A DNA stretch of 64,000 nt. Origin: an uncultured Clostridia bacterium. Lineage in GTDB: Bacteria > Bacillota > Clostridia > Lachnospirales > Anaerotignaceae. Made by a program: the position numbers and the translations under genes. The stretch spans positions 16,515 to 80,514 of the forward strand of contig CAJUNT010000003.1 of the NCBI GenBank assembly GCA_910587735.1, given 5' to 3'. Below the pieces are notes generated by a model. It was not told the origin of the DNA and did not search any database. It saw only the letters and a list, made by a program, of their open reading frames with translations. Below, piece by piece: positions 1 to 10,424 of this stretch. Numbering within the stretch: the stretch's first letter is position 1; each line of letters opens with the position of its first letter.

Positions 1-73
1 TAAGATTATTTAAAAAAAAACATTGCAAAATCACGAAAAATAGTTCTGTCTTTTATAAAAAACAACAGAATGG

Positions 74-101
74 TTGACGTGTTTCTATCATATGTTATAA
101 T
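74..101 (+). promoter_or_regulatory. sigmaA promoter of serC operon
   Basis: TTGACG (74-79), 16 bp spacer, extended TGtTATAAT (-10 at 96-101). Confidence 0.7.
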
Positions 102-107
102 TTTTTT

Positions 108-194
108 AATAAAGAAAAGAGCAATTCTTTTTTGACTTTATTAAAGAGGTATCTAAATATAATGCCTTCTTTTTAAAAAAGAGGGCATTTTTTT
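108..194 (+). promoter_or_regulatory. putative attenuator in serC leader
   Basis: Hairpin AATGCCTTCTTT/AAAGAGGGCATT (161-189) plus T-run before the start codon; alternative pairing partner AAAGAGGTAT at 143-152. Confidence 0.55.
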
Positions 195-239
195 CATTCA
201 TAATATCATCATTTTGAAATCATAGGGAGGTTTAACAAA

Positions 240-1322
240 ATGAATAGAGTTTATAATTTTTCCGCAGGTCCATCCATGCTTCCTTTAGAAGTGTTGGAAA
301 AGGCACAGAAGGAATTTGTTTGTTATGGTAATAGTGGTATGTCTGTTATGGAAATGAGTCATCGTTCAAAGGATTTTGAAGAAATATTGCATCATACAGA
401 AAATACATTAAGAGAGCTGATGCAGATACCAGACAATTATAAAGTGCTGTTTTTACAGGGAGGCGGCTCTACACAGTTTGCAATGATTCCTATGAATTTA
501 ATGAATAAAAATCATAAAGCAGATTATGTAAAAACAGGACAATGGGCAACAAAAGCAATACAAGAAGCACAAAAATATGGAAAAGTAAATATTGTTGCCT
601 CTTCAGAAGATACCACATTTGATAGAATACCAAATTTAGATAAAAGTAAATTTGATACAGAAGCAGATTATTTTTATATTACATTAAATAATACTATTTA
701 TGGTACAAGATATACTATATTGCCTGATACAGGCAGTGTTCCTTTAGTAGGAGATATGTCTTCCAGTATATTGTCAGAAGAAATTGACATTACAAAATTT
801 GGTCTGCTTTATGCAGGAGCGCAAAAAAATTTAGGTCCAGCTGGTGTAACAGTAATCATTATCAGAGAAGATTTATTAGGAAATGCTATGGAATTTACAC
901 CAACAATGCTTCGCTATGATGTTCATGCAAAAAATGATTCATTATATAATACACCTCCTACATATGGTATTTATTTTATGGGACTTGTATTTGATTGGGT
1001 AAAACAGCAGGGAGGCGTAAAAGAATTACAAAAAATAAATGAACAAAAAGCATCTATACTGTATGACTTTTTAGATAATTCTAAATTATTTAAAGGTACT
1101 GTTGTAAAAAAAGACCGCTCTTTGATGAATGTGCCATTTATTCTACCAACAGAAGAATTAAATAAGAAATTTATTGCAGAGGCGAAAAATAAAGGCTTTG
1201 TGAATTTGAAAGGACATAGAACAGTAGGAGGCATGAGAGCAAGTATATATAATGCTATGCCTATAAAGGGTATCGAATCACTTGTGGCATTAATGGAACA
1301 GTTTGAAAAAGAAAATAAATAA
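240..1322 (+). CDS. serC: phosphoserine aminotransferase
   Basis: NFSAGP, SHRS, GAQKNLGPAG and GHRTVGGMRASIYNA motifs; GGGAGG RBS. Confidence 0.97.
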   Translation: MNRVYNFSAGPSMLPLEVLEKAQKEFVCYGNSGMSVMEMSHRSKDFEEILHHTENTLRELMQIPDNYKVLFLQGGGSTQFAMIPMNLMNKNHKADYVKTGQWATKAIQEAQKYGKVNIVASSEDTTFDRIPNLDKSKFDTEADYFYITLNNTIYGTRYTILPDTGSVPLVGDMSSSILSEEIDITKFGLLYAGAQKNLGPAGVTVIIIREDLLGNAMEFTPTMLRYDVHAKNDSLYNTPPTYGIYFMGLVFDWVKQQGGVKELQKINEQKASILYDFLDNSKLFKGTVVKKDRSLMNVPFILPTEELNKKFIAEAKNKGFVNLKGHRTVGGMRASIYNAMPIKGIESLVALMEQFEKENK

Positions 1323-1336
1323 GGAGAAATAGTATC

Positions 1337-2506
1337 ATGTATAATATCAGAACATTAAATCAAATTTCTCACATAGGATTGAAAAAATTGCCTGCATCAG
1401 AATTTATTATTTCTGATACAGAAGAAAATCCAGATGGTATTATTGTAAGAAGTTTTGATATGCACAATATGGCTTTACCTGAAAATTTGTTAGCAGTAGC
1501 AAGAGCTGGCGCTGGTACAAACAATATTCCTGTTGAAAAATGTACAGAAAGGGGAATACCAGTATTTAATACCCCTGGAGCAAATGCAAATGCTGTAAAA
1601 GAATTGGTATTGACAGGACTTTTGGTTTCTTCCAGAAAAGTTATTGAAGGAGCAAACTGGACACAAACATTAATAAATAGCAATAATGTAGAAAAAGATG
1701 CAGAGGCAGGTAAAAAGCAATTTATAGGACCGGAAATATCTGGAAAAAAATTAGGTGTAATTGGTTTGGGGGCAATAGGTGTATTGGTAGCAAATGCAGC
1801 TTTAGATTTGGGCATGGAAGTAATAGGATATGACCCCTATTTATCAATAGAGTCTGCATGGCATTTATCTTCTAGTGTAAAACACGCATCTACGTTAGAG
1901 GAAGTTGTAAGCCAAAGTGATTATATTACATTGCATATTCCTTTAAATGATAAAACAAAACATACTTTTAATAAAGATTTGTTTGCTGCAACAAAAAGAG
2001 GCGCACGTCTTATGAATTTTGCAAGAGGCGAATTGGTAGATACAAAAGCATTAAAATGTGCTATCAATGAGGGAATTATATCAAAATATATTGTAGATTT
2101 TCCAAGTAAAGACTTATTAGGTATTGATAAAGTAGTGGTGACACCTCATTTGGGAGCATCTACACCAGAATCAGAAGAAAACTGTGCTATGATGGCAGCA
2201 GTGGCAATTAGAGAATATTTAAAATATGGTAATATTAAATATTCTGTAAATTTCCCTAATTGTTATATTGATTATTCTGGAAAACCTAGAGTTGTAATTT
2301 CTCATAGAAATATTGTTAATATGATTGGTCAGTTAGGTGCTGTATTTACAAAATATAGTGTGAATATTGACAATATGATAAATAAAAGCAAAGGAAATTT
2401 AGCATATAATATTATTGTATGTGATAGTTTAAATGGAAAAGAAAAAGAACTTGTACAAGATTTATATAATATTGAAAGTGTGATAAAAGTAAGAGTATTA
2501 TATTAA
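1337..2506 (+). CDS. serA: D-3-phosphoglycerate dehydrogenase with C-terminal ACT domain
   Basis: RAGAGTNN, GLGAIG Rossmann motif, PHLGASTPE; follows serC. Confidence 0.9.
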   Translation: MYNIRTLNQISHIGLKKLPASEFIISDTEENPDGIIVRSFDMHNMALPENLLAVARAGAGTNNIPVEKCTERGIPVFNTPGANANAVKELVLTGLLVSSRKVIEGANWTQTLINSNNVEKDAEAGKKQFIGPEISGKKLGVIGLGAIGVLVANAALDLGMEVIGYDPYLSIESAWHLSSSVKHASTLEEVVSQSDYITLHIPLNDKTKHTFNKDLFAATKRGARLMNFARGELVDTKALKCAINEGIISKYIVDFPSKDLLGIDKVVVTPHLGASTPESEENCAMMAAVAIREYLKYGNIKYSVNFPNCYIDYSGKPRVVISHRNIVNMIGQLGAVFTKYSVNIDNMINKSKGNLAYNIIVCDSLNGKEKELVQDLYNIESVIKVRVLY

Positions 2507-2519
2507 AGGGGAGATTTTT

Positions 2520-3770
2520 TTGGCAATCATAAGACCTTTTCGGGCAATCCGTCCAGTAGCAGAAAAAGCAGAAAAAGTGGCTGCTTTGCCTTATGATGTT
2601 ATGAATAGCGAGGAAGCAAGAGAAATGGTAAAAGATAATCCATATTCTTTTCTTCATATAGATAAGGCAGAAATAGATTTAGACCCTTCTATTGATTTAT
2701 ATCATGAAAAAGTGTATCAAAAGGCAAAACAAAATATGGAAAATATGATACAAGATGGCATTCTGATACAAGATGAGAAACCTTTGTTTTATATTTATTG
2801 TTTAACAATGAATGGAAAAACTCAAACCGGGCTTGTAGTATGTACTTCTATTGATGAATATTTAGATAATACAATTAAAAAACATGAGTTGACAAGAGCA
2901 GATAAAGAAGCAGATAGAATATGTCATGTAGATACATTAAATGCAAATACAGGTCCTATTTTTTTAGCATATCATAATAATGAACAAATAAAATCCATAT
3001 TGCATACTATTATGGAAAAGCAAAAAGCAGTTTATGATTTTGTTTCAGAAGATGGTATTGGTCATAAAGTTTGGCTAGTTTCTGATGAGAAAGATATTTC
3101 AGAGTTAATAGTACTATTTGAAAAAGTACCAAACCTTTATATTGCAGACGGACATCATAGAAATGCTTCGGCTGTAAAAGTAGGACTAAAACGTAGACAG
3201 AATAAACCAAATTATACAGGAGAAGAAGAATTTAATTATTATCTTTCTGTATTGTTTTCTGATGATGAATTATATGTTATGGATTATAATAGAGTTGTAA
3301 AAGATTTGAATGGTTTAACAGAGAAAGAATTTTTTAAAAAAATAGAACAAAAGTTTGAAATAGAATTATATCAAAAAGAAGGATGCTGTCATCCGAAACA
3401 ACGTCATCAATTTGGTATGTATTTGGACAAAAAGTGGTATTTATTGACTGCAAAAAATAATATCATACAAAAAGATATTGTTGCTGCTTTAGATGTTTCT
3501 ATACTTCAAAATGAAGTATTAGAACCAATACTTGCTATTGGTGACCCTAGAACAGATAAAAGAATTGATTTTATAGGAGGAATAAGAGGATTAGAAGCAT
3601 TACAACAAAAAGTAGATAGTGGTGATATGAAAATTGCTTTTTCTATGTATCCAACATCTATGAAAGAATTGATGAGTGTAGCAGATGAAAATAGAACAAT
3701 GCCCCCAAAATCTACATGGTTTGAGCCTAAATTAAGAAGCGGGCTTTTTATACATGATTTGGAAAAATAA
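2520..3770 (+). CDS. DUF1015 family protein
   Basis: PYDV, IADGHHR, MPPKSTWFEPK motifs; usual third gene after serC-serA; TTG start. Confidence 0.9.
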   Translation: MAIIRPFRAIRPVAEKAEKVAALPYDVMNSEEAREMVKDNPYSFLHIDKAEIDLDPSIDLYHEKVYQKAKQNMENMIQDGILIQDEKPLFYIYCLTMNGKTQTGLVVCTSIDEYLDNTIKKHELTRADKEADRICHVDTLNANTGPIFLAYHNNEQIKSILHTIMEKQKAVYDFVSEDGIGHKVWLVSDEKDISELIVLFEKVPNLYIADGHHRNASAVKVGLKRRQNKPNYTGEEEFNYYLSVLFSDDELYVMDYNRVVKDLNGLTEKEFFKKIEQKFEIELYQKEGCCHPKQRHQFGMYLDKKWYLLTAKNNIIQKDIVAALDVSILQNEVLEPILAIGDPRTDKRIDFIGGIRGLEALQQKVDSGDMKIAFSMYPTSMKELMSVADENRTMPPKSTWFEPKLRSGLFIHDLEK

Positions 3771-3789
3771 TATTTAGATTTTATTTCCA

Positions 3790-3818
3790 GTATAAAAAAA
3801 ATCACTTTTGTTATACTA
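3790..3818 (+). promoter_or_regulatory. putative sigmaG-type forespore promoter
   Basis: GTATA-N17-TATACTA upstream of the small ORF at 3902. Confidence 0.45.
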
Positions 3819-3901
3819 AATATTACAGTAGTAAATATTTTGTCGTTTTATAAAATGCAGTGCGACAATAAACTTTTTCTACTGTAAAGGAGTGGTATCC
3901 A

Positions 3902-4096
3902 ATGAAAAGCTTTACAATGGGTATTGTAACAGGTGGTTTGATGACAGCGATTGGAATTGGTTGTTTGCTACAAGACCAAAAGTATTATCAATCTATCAAA
4001 AAAAAGGGAAATAAAATAATGAAAAAAGGCAAACATATGGCAAGAAAAGCCGAAAATGTTGTAGAAGATGCAGTTGATGATTTATTAGAACTGTAA
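3902..4096 (+). CDS. small hypothetical membrane-anchored protein
   Basis: AAGGAG RBS; Gly-rich hydrophobic N-terminus then Lys-rich helix; hairpin downstream (about 4106-4142). Confidence 0.75.
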   Translation: MKSFTMGIVTGGLMTAIGIGCLLQDQKYYQSIKKKGNKIMKKGKHMARKAENVVEDAVDDLLEL

Positions 4097-4637
4097 AGAG
4101 TGAAGGGCAGGCAAATATTATAATACATAATATTTGTCTGTTTTTCTATATTTTTATCTGTATGGAATACAAAAAGTGAAACAAAATGTAACATTGACAT
4201 TGAATCAAGTCTTTTGACTATGATATAATAAATAATAATTTATCAAATAGCAGTAAAATTTGTATTCCTTTGAGCTTATTATGATTAATATAAAAAAATT
4301 ATTTTTTTACGTTGTATGTGTATTTATTTTAGTGAATAATGGTATATGATATTATTTTTTTACAAATAAAAAAATATTGTCAATATTTTATAAAAATCAA
4401 ATATGTGTTATAATTTTATAGATTAAGTAAATATGATATTATTTTTTTTACTATAATATGAAATGATAAATAAAGTGATTTTATAGTGTCCCTATGTTGT
4501 TATTCAAGAAGGCAAATTAGAAGATTTGATAGTAATGTATATAGTTTATTTTCTAGTTTGAAATAAAATGTAATTTTGTATGATATAGAGAAGGGAATAT
4601 TCGCAGTAGTGTAGTAGAAGGGAGGTTTTACAATATT

Positions 4638-7094
4638 ATGAAAACAGTAATGAATATAGAGGAATTATTAGATGTTTTGGGGGACACAAGTGTTATTGTG
4701 ATAAAACAACAAGATGAGAAAATATTATACCTCAATAAAAAAGCAAAAGAAATCAATCCTGAATTTCAAAAAAATACGATTTGTCATGGTCTTTGGAAGG
4801 GAAAATGTGAAAATTGTCCCATAAAGAATATAGAAGATAAAAAATATAATAAAACAGTAGTATATAGTGAGTCAACAAATGAAATCATTGATATATGTGC
4901 TATGAGCATATTATGGAAAGGGATTACACCAGCTTTTGTAATTACAATGTCGCCCCATATTGCAACAGAAGAAGAAAAGGAATCCGAAATTGCTAAAAGC
5001 TGGCTGACTCATGCACTATCTCAAGTATATGAGATGGCCGTAGTAAATAATTTAAGTAAAAATGAATATGTTGTGTTTCATAATGGAGGTATAATTGATT
5101 TACCTGAAAATGGAAAAACACAGGTATTATTTGATAATATAGAAAAAAAGCTAGAGGAAGATTATAAAGAAAATTGGCGTTCTATATTTTCAATAGAAAA
5201 TCTTTTAGAGAGTTTTCAAAATGGAGAAAAAAAAGTATTATTAGATTTATATTTTGAAAAAGAAAAAAGATGGTTTTCCTGCGGATGTTTTTTGCTAGAA
5301 AGTACATATAGCAAAGAAATATTGAGCATTATATTAGTAAGAGATATTACAGAAAGCAAACATAAAGAAAAAGAACAACAAATACAATTAGAATTTACAC
5401 ATTCTAGTATGAGAGGTGCAAGTGGTAAATATTTGGTAACAGAAGAAGATATTTATTTACTTGAAGGAAGTCCTCAATATTTTGAAGTTCTCTGTATGGC
5501 GGAAAAGGAATATTATGAATTAAAAGGAAAAGTGTTACCTTGGTTGGAGGAAGCAGAAAGAAGAAAGTATATTCAAACAGCAATAGAGAATGGAAAAAAT
5601 AGAGAACCTCTTTTATGGGAAGCACCTAGAAAAATGAGCAATGGTATGGTACATTGGTTTCAATTACAAGGAATGTTTATAGGAGAGCAATCTGGATATC
5701 CCGTATATTATGGTATATTGTTGGATACTTCAGAAAGAAAACGCTTAGAAATAGAACAAAAGACAACATTTAATAGTTTGCCTGGAGGCGTGGCAAAAAT
5801 ACGACTGGATGATAGACTTACTATATTAGAAGTAAATGATTATTTTTTTGAAATGTTTGGAAAAACAACAGGAGCAGGATTCTTTTCCAGTATTTATAGT
5901 ATAGATAGAAAAATAGCGCAGAGAGAATTTGACAAAATGATACAACAACACAGTCGTTTTAAAATGGAATTAAGAATGTTGGATGCCAGAGAAGAAATTA
6001 TGTGGATTCATTTGGAAGGTAATGAATTCAGCATAGAAAATGGGATACCTGTATGTTTGTTTGTTATGATAGATATTACAAATTATATTGAAATGCGTTT
6101 ACAACTGGAAGAAGTAAAAGAAAAGTATCATAAAAATATTGCTGGTTCAAACCATAGAATATTGGTATATGACAATAATCATGACCATTTTGAATTTATT
6201 GATGAGGCAGCAGATGAACAATATTATAAAAGTATTCCATTCCAATATCATGTAAAAGATGATAAAATTGTATTTTCAGAAGCAATTAAAAATCAAATTG
6301 GTATGAAAATATGTTATGAAAATTTTAAACAATGGCTTTTACAATCTAATGTTGTATTTCAAGGAGATATGAATATATTAAAAAATATTTATAATCAATG
6401 TATGATAGATAATATTAGTATTAAAGCACAACTTCGCTTTTTAACAATAAATGGTTCTTATGAATGGTTTGAAATACATTGTAATCCTTTATGGGATGAA
6501 AATAAAAAGCAATGTTTAAAAATAGCTGGAACATTAGTAAACATCAATGCTTTGCGCCAAATGCAAAGTGAGGCAACAACATGGAGAGAAAGAGCAAGGA
6601 GAGACCCTCTAACAGGTTTATACAATAGAGCTATATTTAGAGAAAAAGTATTAGCTTTGTTGGAAGAAAATACAAAAGGTGCATTGATATTTATGGATGT
6701 GGACTATTTTAAAAAAGTAAACGATACATTAGGTCATGCCATAGGTGATGATGTATTACTTACAGTAGCAAAAAGATTAAAAGGATTTTTTAGAGAGTCT
6801 GAAGATATTATAGCAAGATATGGTGGAGATGAATTTATTGTATTTTTGAAAAATGTTTGCACAGAACAAGATTTGAGAAAAAAATTACAGCAATTATTAG
6901 AAGTATTTCGAGAGAAATATCAGAGAGGAGATACCTCTTGGAATATTACAGGCAGTGTAGGTGCAGCATTTTATCCTCAAGATGCTTCAGATTACCAAAT
7001 GCTATTGGAGAAAGCAGATACAGCATTATATGTTTCTAAAAATAAGGGCAGAGATAGGTTTACACTATATTCTGACTGCAATAATGAAGAATAA
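4638..7094 (+). CDS. diguanylate cyclase with PAS-like sensory domains
   Basis: DPLTGLYNR, DVDYFKKVND, RYGGDEF; upstream PAS/PAC-like segments; no TM helices seen. Confidence 0.92.
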   Translation: MKTVMNIEELLDVLGDTSVIVIKQQDEKILYLNKKAKEINPEFQKNTICHGLWKGKCENCPIKNIEDKKYNKTVVYSESTNEIIDICAMSILWKGITPAFVITMSPHIATEEEKESEIAKSWLTHALSQVYEMAVVNNLSKNEYVVFHNGGIIDLPENGKTQVLFDNIEKKLEEDYKENWRSIFSIENLLESFQNGEKKVLLDLYFEKEKRWFSCGCFLLESTYSKEILSIILVRDITESKHKEKEQQIQLEFTHSSMRGASGKYLVTEEDIYLLEGSPQYFEVLCMAEKEYYELKGKVLPWLEEAERRKYIQTAIENGKNREPLLWEAPRKMSNGMVHWFQLQGMFIGEQSGYPVYYGILLDTSERKRLEIEQKTTFNSLPGGVAKIRLDDRLTILEVNDYFFEMFGKTTGAGFFSSIYSIDRKIAQREFDKMIQQHSRFKMELRMLDAREEIMWIHLEGNEFSIENGIPVCLFVMIDITNYIEMRLQLEEVKEKYHKNIAGSNHRILVYDNNHDHFEFIDEAADEQYYKSIPFQYHVKDDKIVFSEAIKNQIGMKICYENFKQWLLQSNVVFQGDMNILKNIYNQCMIDNISIKAQLRFLTINGSYEWFEIHCNPLWDENKKQCLKIAGTLVNINALRQMQSEATTWRERARRDPLTGLYNRAIFREKVLALLEENTKGALIFMDVDYFKKVNDTLGHAIGDDVLLTVAKRLKGFFRESEDIIARYGGDEFIVFLKNVCTEQDLRKKLQQLLEVFREKYQRGDTSWNITGSVGAAFYPQDASDYQMLLEKADTALYVSKNKGRDRFTLYSDCNNEE

Positions 7095-7103
7095 ATAATG
7101 ATA

Positions 7104-7140
7104 CCCCCTATATTTAAAATAGGGGGATTTTATTTGTTTC
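7104..7140 (+). terminator. intrinsic terminator
   Basis: CCCCCTA...TAGGGGG hairpin followed by T-rich tract. Confidence 0.75.
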
Positions 7141-7230
7141 ATAAAAAAAGAGGTATAAAATTAGTATTTTTATAATATCACTTGGTATGAAATAATGCTT
7201 TTTGGGTATTGTTTTATAGAGGTGATATCG

Positions 7231-7875
7231 TTGAAACAAAAATATCTATTTTGTTGTATTACAATTTGTATGATAATGTTTGTAATAATGGATTTTGGAA
7301 TATATCATGTAGAAAATATAACAAGCAGTTATTTTAAATTTTTAGCTATGACATTATTATTTTTAAGTGCTAATTATTATAAAAAAATGATATTATGCTA
7401 TACTATATTTTGTGATTTTTTACTATTGTTTACATCAATGTATACATTAGGAATTGCTTTTTTTATAGTAGTACATTTATTTTATTTGTGTCAAATGATT
7501 CCTTTTTTCGAATATCAAAAAAGGCAACAACAATGTATGCTATTGTTATTGCTTTTTGGAATTCTGTTTAGTTTTTTACCACTGTATACAGTAGCGATTT
7601 GTTATAGTATTACTTTTTTGCTTCATATTATTGTTGCAGTGACTCAAAAGTGCAGTAAAATGTATATTACTGGTTTAGTTTTATTTGTATTATGTGATTG
7701 CTGTACTGCAATTTCTTTTTTAACATTTAATACTATGGTTGCAAAATGTATATGGATATTATATTTACCATCACAAATATTGCTTACTATTACAAAACAA
7801 CATTATTTTTCCACTGTGTTACCACTTCCGCAAATAAAATACCCTCACCTGCTCCGTCTTCAAAAAAAGAGATAA
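7231..7875 (+). CDS. YhhN/lysoplasmalogenase-like membrane protein
   Basis: Multi-TM; CDFLLL, GLVLFVLCD and WILYLPSQILL motifs; GAGGTG RBS before TTG 7231. Confidence 0.65.
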   Translation: MKQKYLFCCITICMIMFVIMDFGIYHVENITSSYFKFLAMTLLFLSANYYKKMILCYTIFCDFLLLFTSMYTLGIAFFIVVHLFYLCQMIPFFEYQKRQQQCMLLLLLFGILFSFLPLYTVAICYSITFLLHIIVAVTQKCSKMYITGLVLFVLCDCCTAISFLTFNTMVAKCIWILYLPSQILLTITKQHYFSTVLPLPQIKYPHLLRLQKKR

Positions 7876-8560
7876 CTTCTTTTATACCATTTTCTAATGT
7901 ATGCACACAACATTTTGATGTTACAGCATCACCTTTATAACATTCTTTACGATATACAACACGGATATCTAAAATAGTCATAGTGTTATAAATATCATCA
8001 GGTATATCATCGATTGCCCATTCGATATATTTGACATTGTTAGTATGACCGTTGTTATCAGTATCCCTTCTAGTTACAATAAATGTTCTTTCCATAATTG
8101 TATCATCGTTCTGTAATTTGGGTAGCTTATACTTTTCATTTTCTATTGCAGTGATTTCTGTGTTACCATATTTTTGTTCCATTTCACTGCCTATAACAGT
8201 TGGCTTTCTTTCCTCTAAATCCATAAATATCCAGCGGGAAGCAATATGAGCAGAAATAGCACCATATTGGTCATAAAGCATATAAGAGCGTTCTGCCTGC
8301 ATACGACGACATTTACTGCTCCATGTTACGATTTTTATTGTTTCACCGCATTTAGGCATATGGTCTATTATAATATGCCAATTTACTACCGCCCACCCTC
8401 TATGGTGTTCAGCCATATAATCTAATGTATATCCTAAACTAGCTGAATGTCTAATTGCTGTATCCTGCAAATGAAATACAAGCGCAGAGGGTGTTAAAAA
8501 TAAATTGCTGTCTACTTCAAAATAACCAATTTGTTGTTGCTCTGTATAACTTTTATCCAT
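7790..8560 (-). CDS. acyl-ACP thioesterase (double hotdog)
   Basis: FEVD..LQD..H N-terminal half; DTDNNGHTNNVKYIEW motif. Confidence 0.9.
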   Translation of the reverse strand: MDKSYTEQQQIGYFEVDSNLFLTPSALVFHLQDTAIRHSASLGYTLDYMAEHHRGWAVVNWHIIIDHMPKCGETIKIVTWSSKCRRMQAERSYMLYDQYGAISAHIASRWIFMDLEERKPTVIGSEMEQKYGNTEITAIENEKYKLPKLQNDDTIMERTFIVTRRDTDNNGHTNNVKYIEWAIDDIPDDIYNTMTILDIRVVYRKECYKGDAVTSKCCVHTLENGIKEVISFFEDGAGEGILFAEVVTQWKNNVVL

Positions 8561-8646
8561 AATTCTTCTCCTTAAATGAATGATTTGTGATATAATTTTA
8601 ATGGTTAATCATATTGATAACGATTTGTTATTTTTACTATTGAAAT

Positions 8647-10113
8647 TTATAACATAGGAGAAATTAAACGAGAAACAGATTCTTTAACACGAAACCACCA
8701 TTTTCTTTTGCTATACCATTCCTTTGTAATTTCTACACAGTTATCTAAATCATTTAAAAAGTCCTGTTCTAATAATATTGTTGTTTGTTCATCATATAAA
8801 AAGGCATTAATTTCAAAATTTAAGTCAAAACTACGTATATCCATATTTGCTGTACCAATAGAGCAAATTTTACTATCAACAAATACTGCTTTTGTATGAA
8901 TAAATCCCTTTTCATATTGATAACAACGTACACCAGCCTCTAAAAGTTCTCCTAAATAAGACATACTTGCCCAATAAACAAAAAAATGGTCAGGATTTCC
9001 AGGTATAATAATACGAACATCAATGCCAGAAAGTGCTGCAACACGAAGTGCTTCCAATATACCATCATCAGGAACAAAATAAGGTGTTTCAATATAAATG
9101 TGTTTTTCTGCCTCATTCATCATTTTAAAATAACCATTCCATATATTTTTCCAAACTGTATCAGGACCACTGGATATGATTTGCATTTTGATACCATCTA
9201 TTTGTTTTCTTTCTGGAAAATATAATTTCTTTAGTGAAATAGGAGCATAAGCAGTAGTAAAGTTCCAATCCATCATAAATCTAATTTGAAGTTGGTCGAT
9301 TGCATCTCCTTGTATTCTTAAATGTGTATCGCGCCATGAGCCATATCTTTTTACAATGCCTAAATATTCATTACCTATGTTAAAGCCGCCAATATAGCCA
9401 ATTTCACCATCTATAATACAGATTTTTCTGTGGTCACGATAATTTAAACGAATAATAAAACGAGGTAAAAACGCAACAGCATAGCCTCCATTTTGTTCTA
9501 GTTCTTGAAAAAAATTACGAGGAAGGCTACTGCACCCCATACCATCATAAAGTAAGCGAACTTCCACACCTTCTTTTGCTTTTAATGCAAGTTCATGCAC
9601 AATTTTTTTACCTAAGTCATCTCCTCTTAATATATAATATTCCATGTGTATAAATTTTTTTGCCTGACGTATATCATTTATTAAAGCATCAAATTTACTA
9701 TTTCCATCTATAAAGCGTTTTAATGTGTTATTTGTTGTAACCCAACTTCCTGCATTGATATGGAGAGAAATTAAGTCATCTAGATTTTCCTGTACAATAT
9801 ATTCTTGTTTTTTTTCAATTATTTTTTTTTGAGAACGAAATGTATCAAGGGAAGTATCATTGAATAGCAAATAACGATAATATACTTCTGTATCATATTT
9901 TTCTTTTTGTATAAACATTTTTTCTCTTTTACTGTTTCTCCCAAATACCATATAAATGATAAATCCAAAAAAAGGAATAAAAAATAATACAAGAAGCCAT
10001 GCCCAACTGCTTGCTGGTTTTCGTCTTTCAAAAAATACAACAAGCCCTGCAAAAATAACATTCAATATAAAAATTCCTGTTAACAAAAATGGTAAAAAAT
10101 CAATAAATGTCAT
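8647..10113 (-). CDS. cls: cardiolipin synthase
   Basis: Two HKD motifs (HRKICIID, HTKAVFVD); two N-terminal TM helices. Confidence 0.95.
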   Translation of the reverse strand: MTFIDFLPFLLTGIFILNVIFAGLVVFFERRKPASSWAWLLVLFFIPFFGFIIYMVFGRNSKREKMFIQKEKYDTEVYYRYLLFNDTSLDTFRSQKKIIEKKQEYIVQENLDDLISLHINAGSWVTTNNTLKRFIDGNSKFDALINDIRQAKKFIHMEYYILRGDDLGKKIVHELALKAKEGVEVRLLYDGMGCSSLPRNFFQELEQNGGYAVAFLPRFIIRLNYRDHRKICIIDGEIGYIGGFNIGNEYLGIVKRYGSWRDTHLRIQGDAIDQLQIRFMMDWNFTTAYAPISLKKLYFPERKQIDGIKMQIISSGPDTVWKNIWNGYFKMMNEAEKHIYIETPYFVPDDGILEALRVAALSGIDVRIIIPGNPDHFFVYWASMSYLGELLEAGVRCYQYEKGFIHTKAVFVDSKICSIGTANMDIRSFDLNFEINAFLYDEQTTILLEQDFLNDLDNCVEITKEWYSKRKWWFRVKESVSRLISPML

Positions 10114-10424
10114 TTTATCACCTCTATAAAAATATGAAATTTATGATAATGTATTATAAGTATTTGATAATATAATAGGCTGTATTTTATTGAAATCATA
10201 TGAAAAGATGGTCAAAAATTGAAAATATTATCCTATCAAAAATGCTACTTTATTATTATAATTATTATAACGTATTTTTTTTGTTTTTTCCTCTTTATTT
10301 TGACAACATTTATAAAATTTAAAATAAAAAATTTTTATTTTCTATTTCCTAAAATAAAAAACAATGTTAAAATAGAAACAACTGCTTTATATTAAAAAAA
10401 CATAATGAAAGAGGAGGAACGATT

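Noticed and set aside
108..239. T-box or known riboswitch at serC
   Set aside because: No T-box AAGGTGGTACC-like sequence, no stem I, leader too short
4143..4637. c-di-GMP riboswitch or sRNA upstream of the cyclase
   Set aside because: Very AT-rich with only promoter-like hexamers; no recognisable aptamer motif
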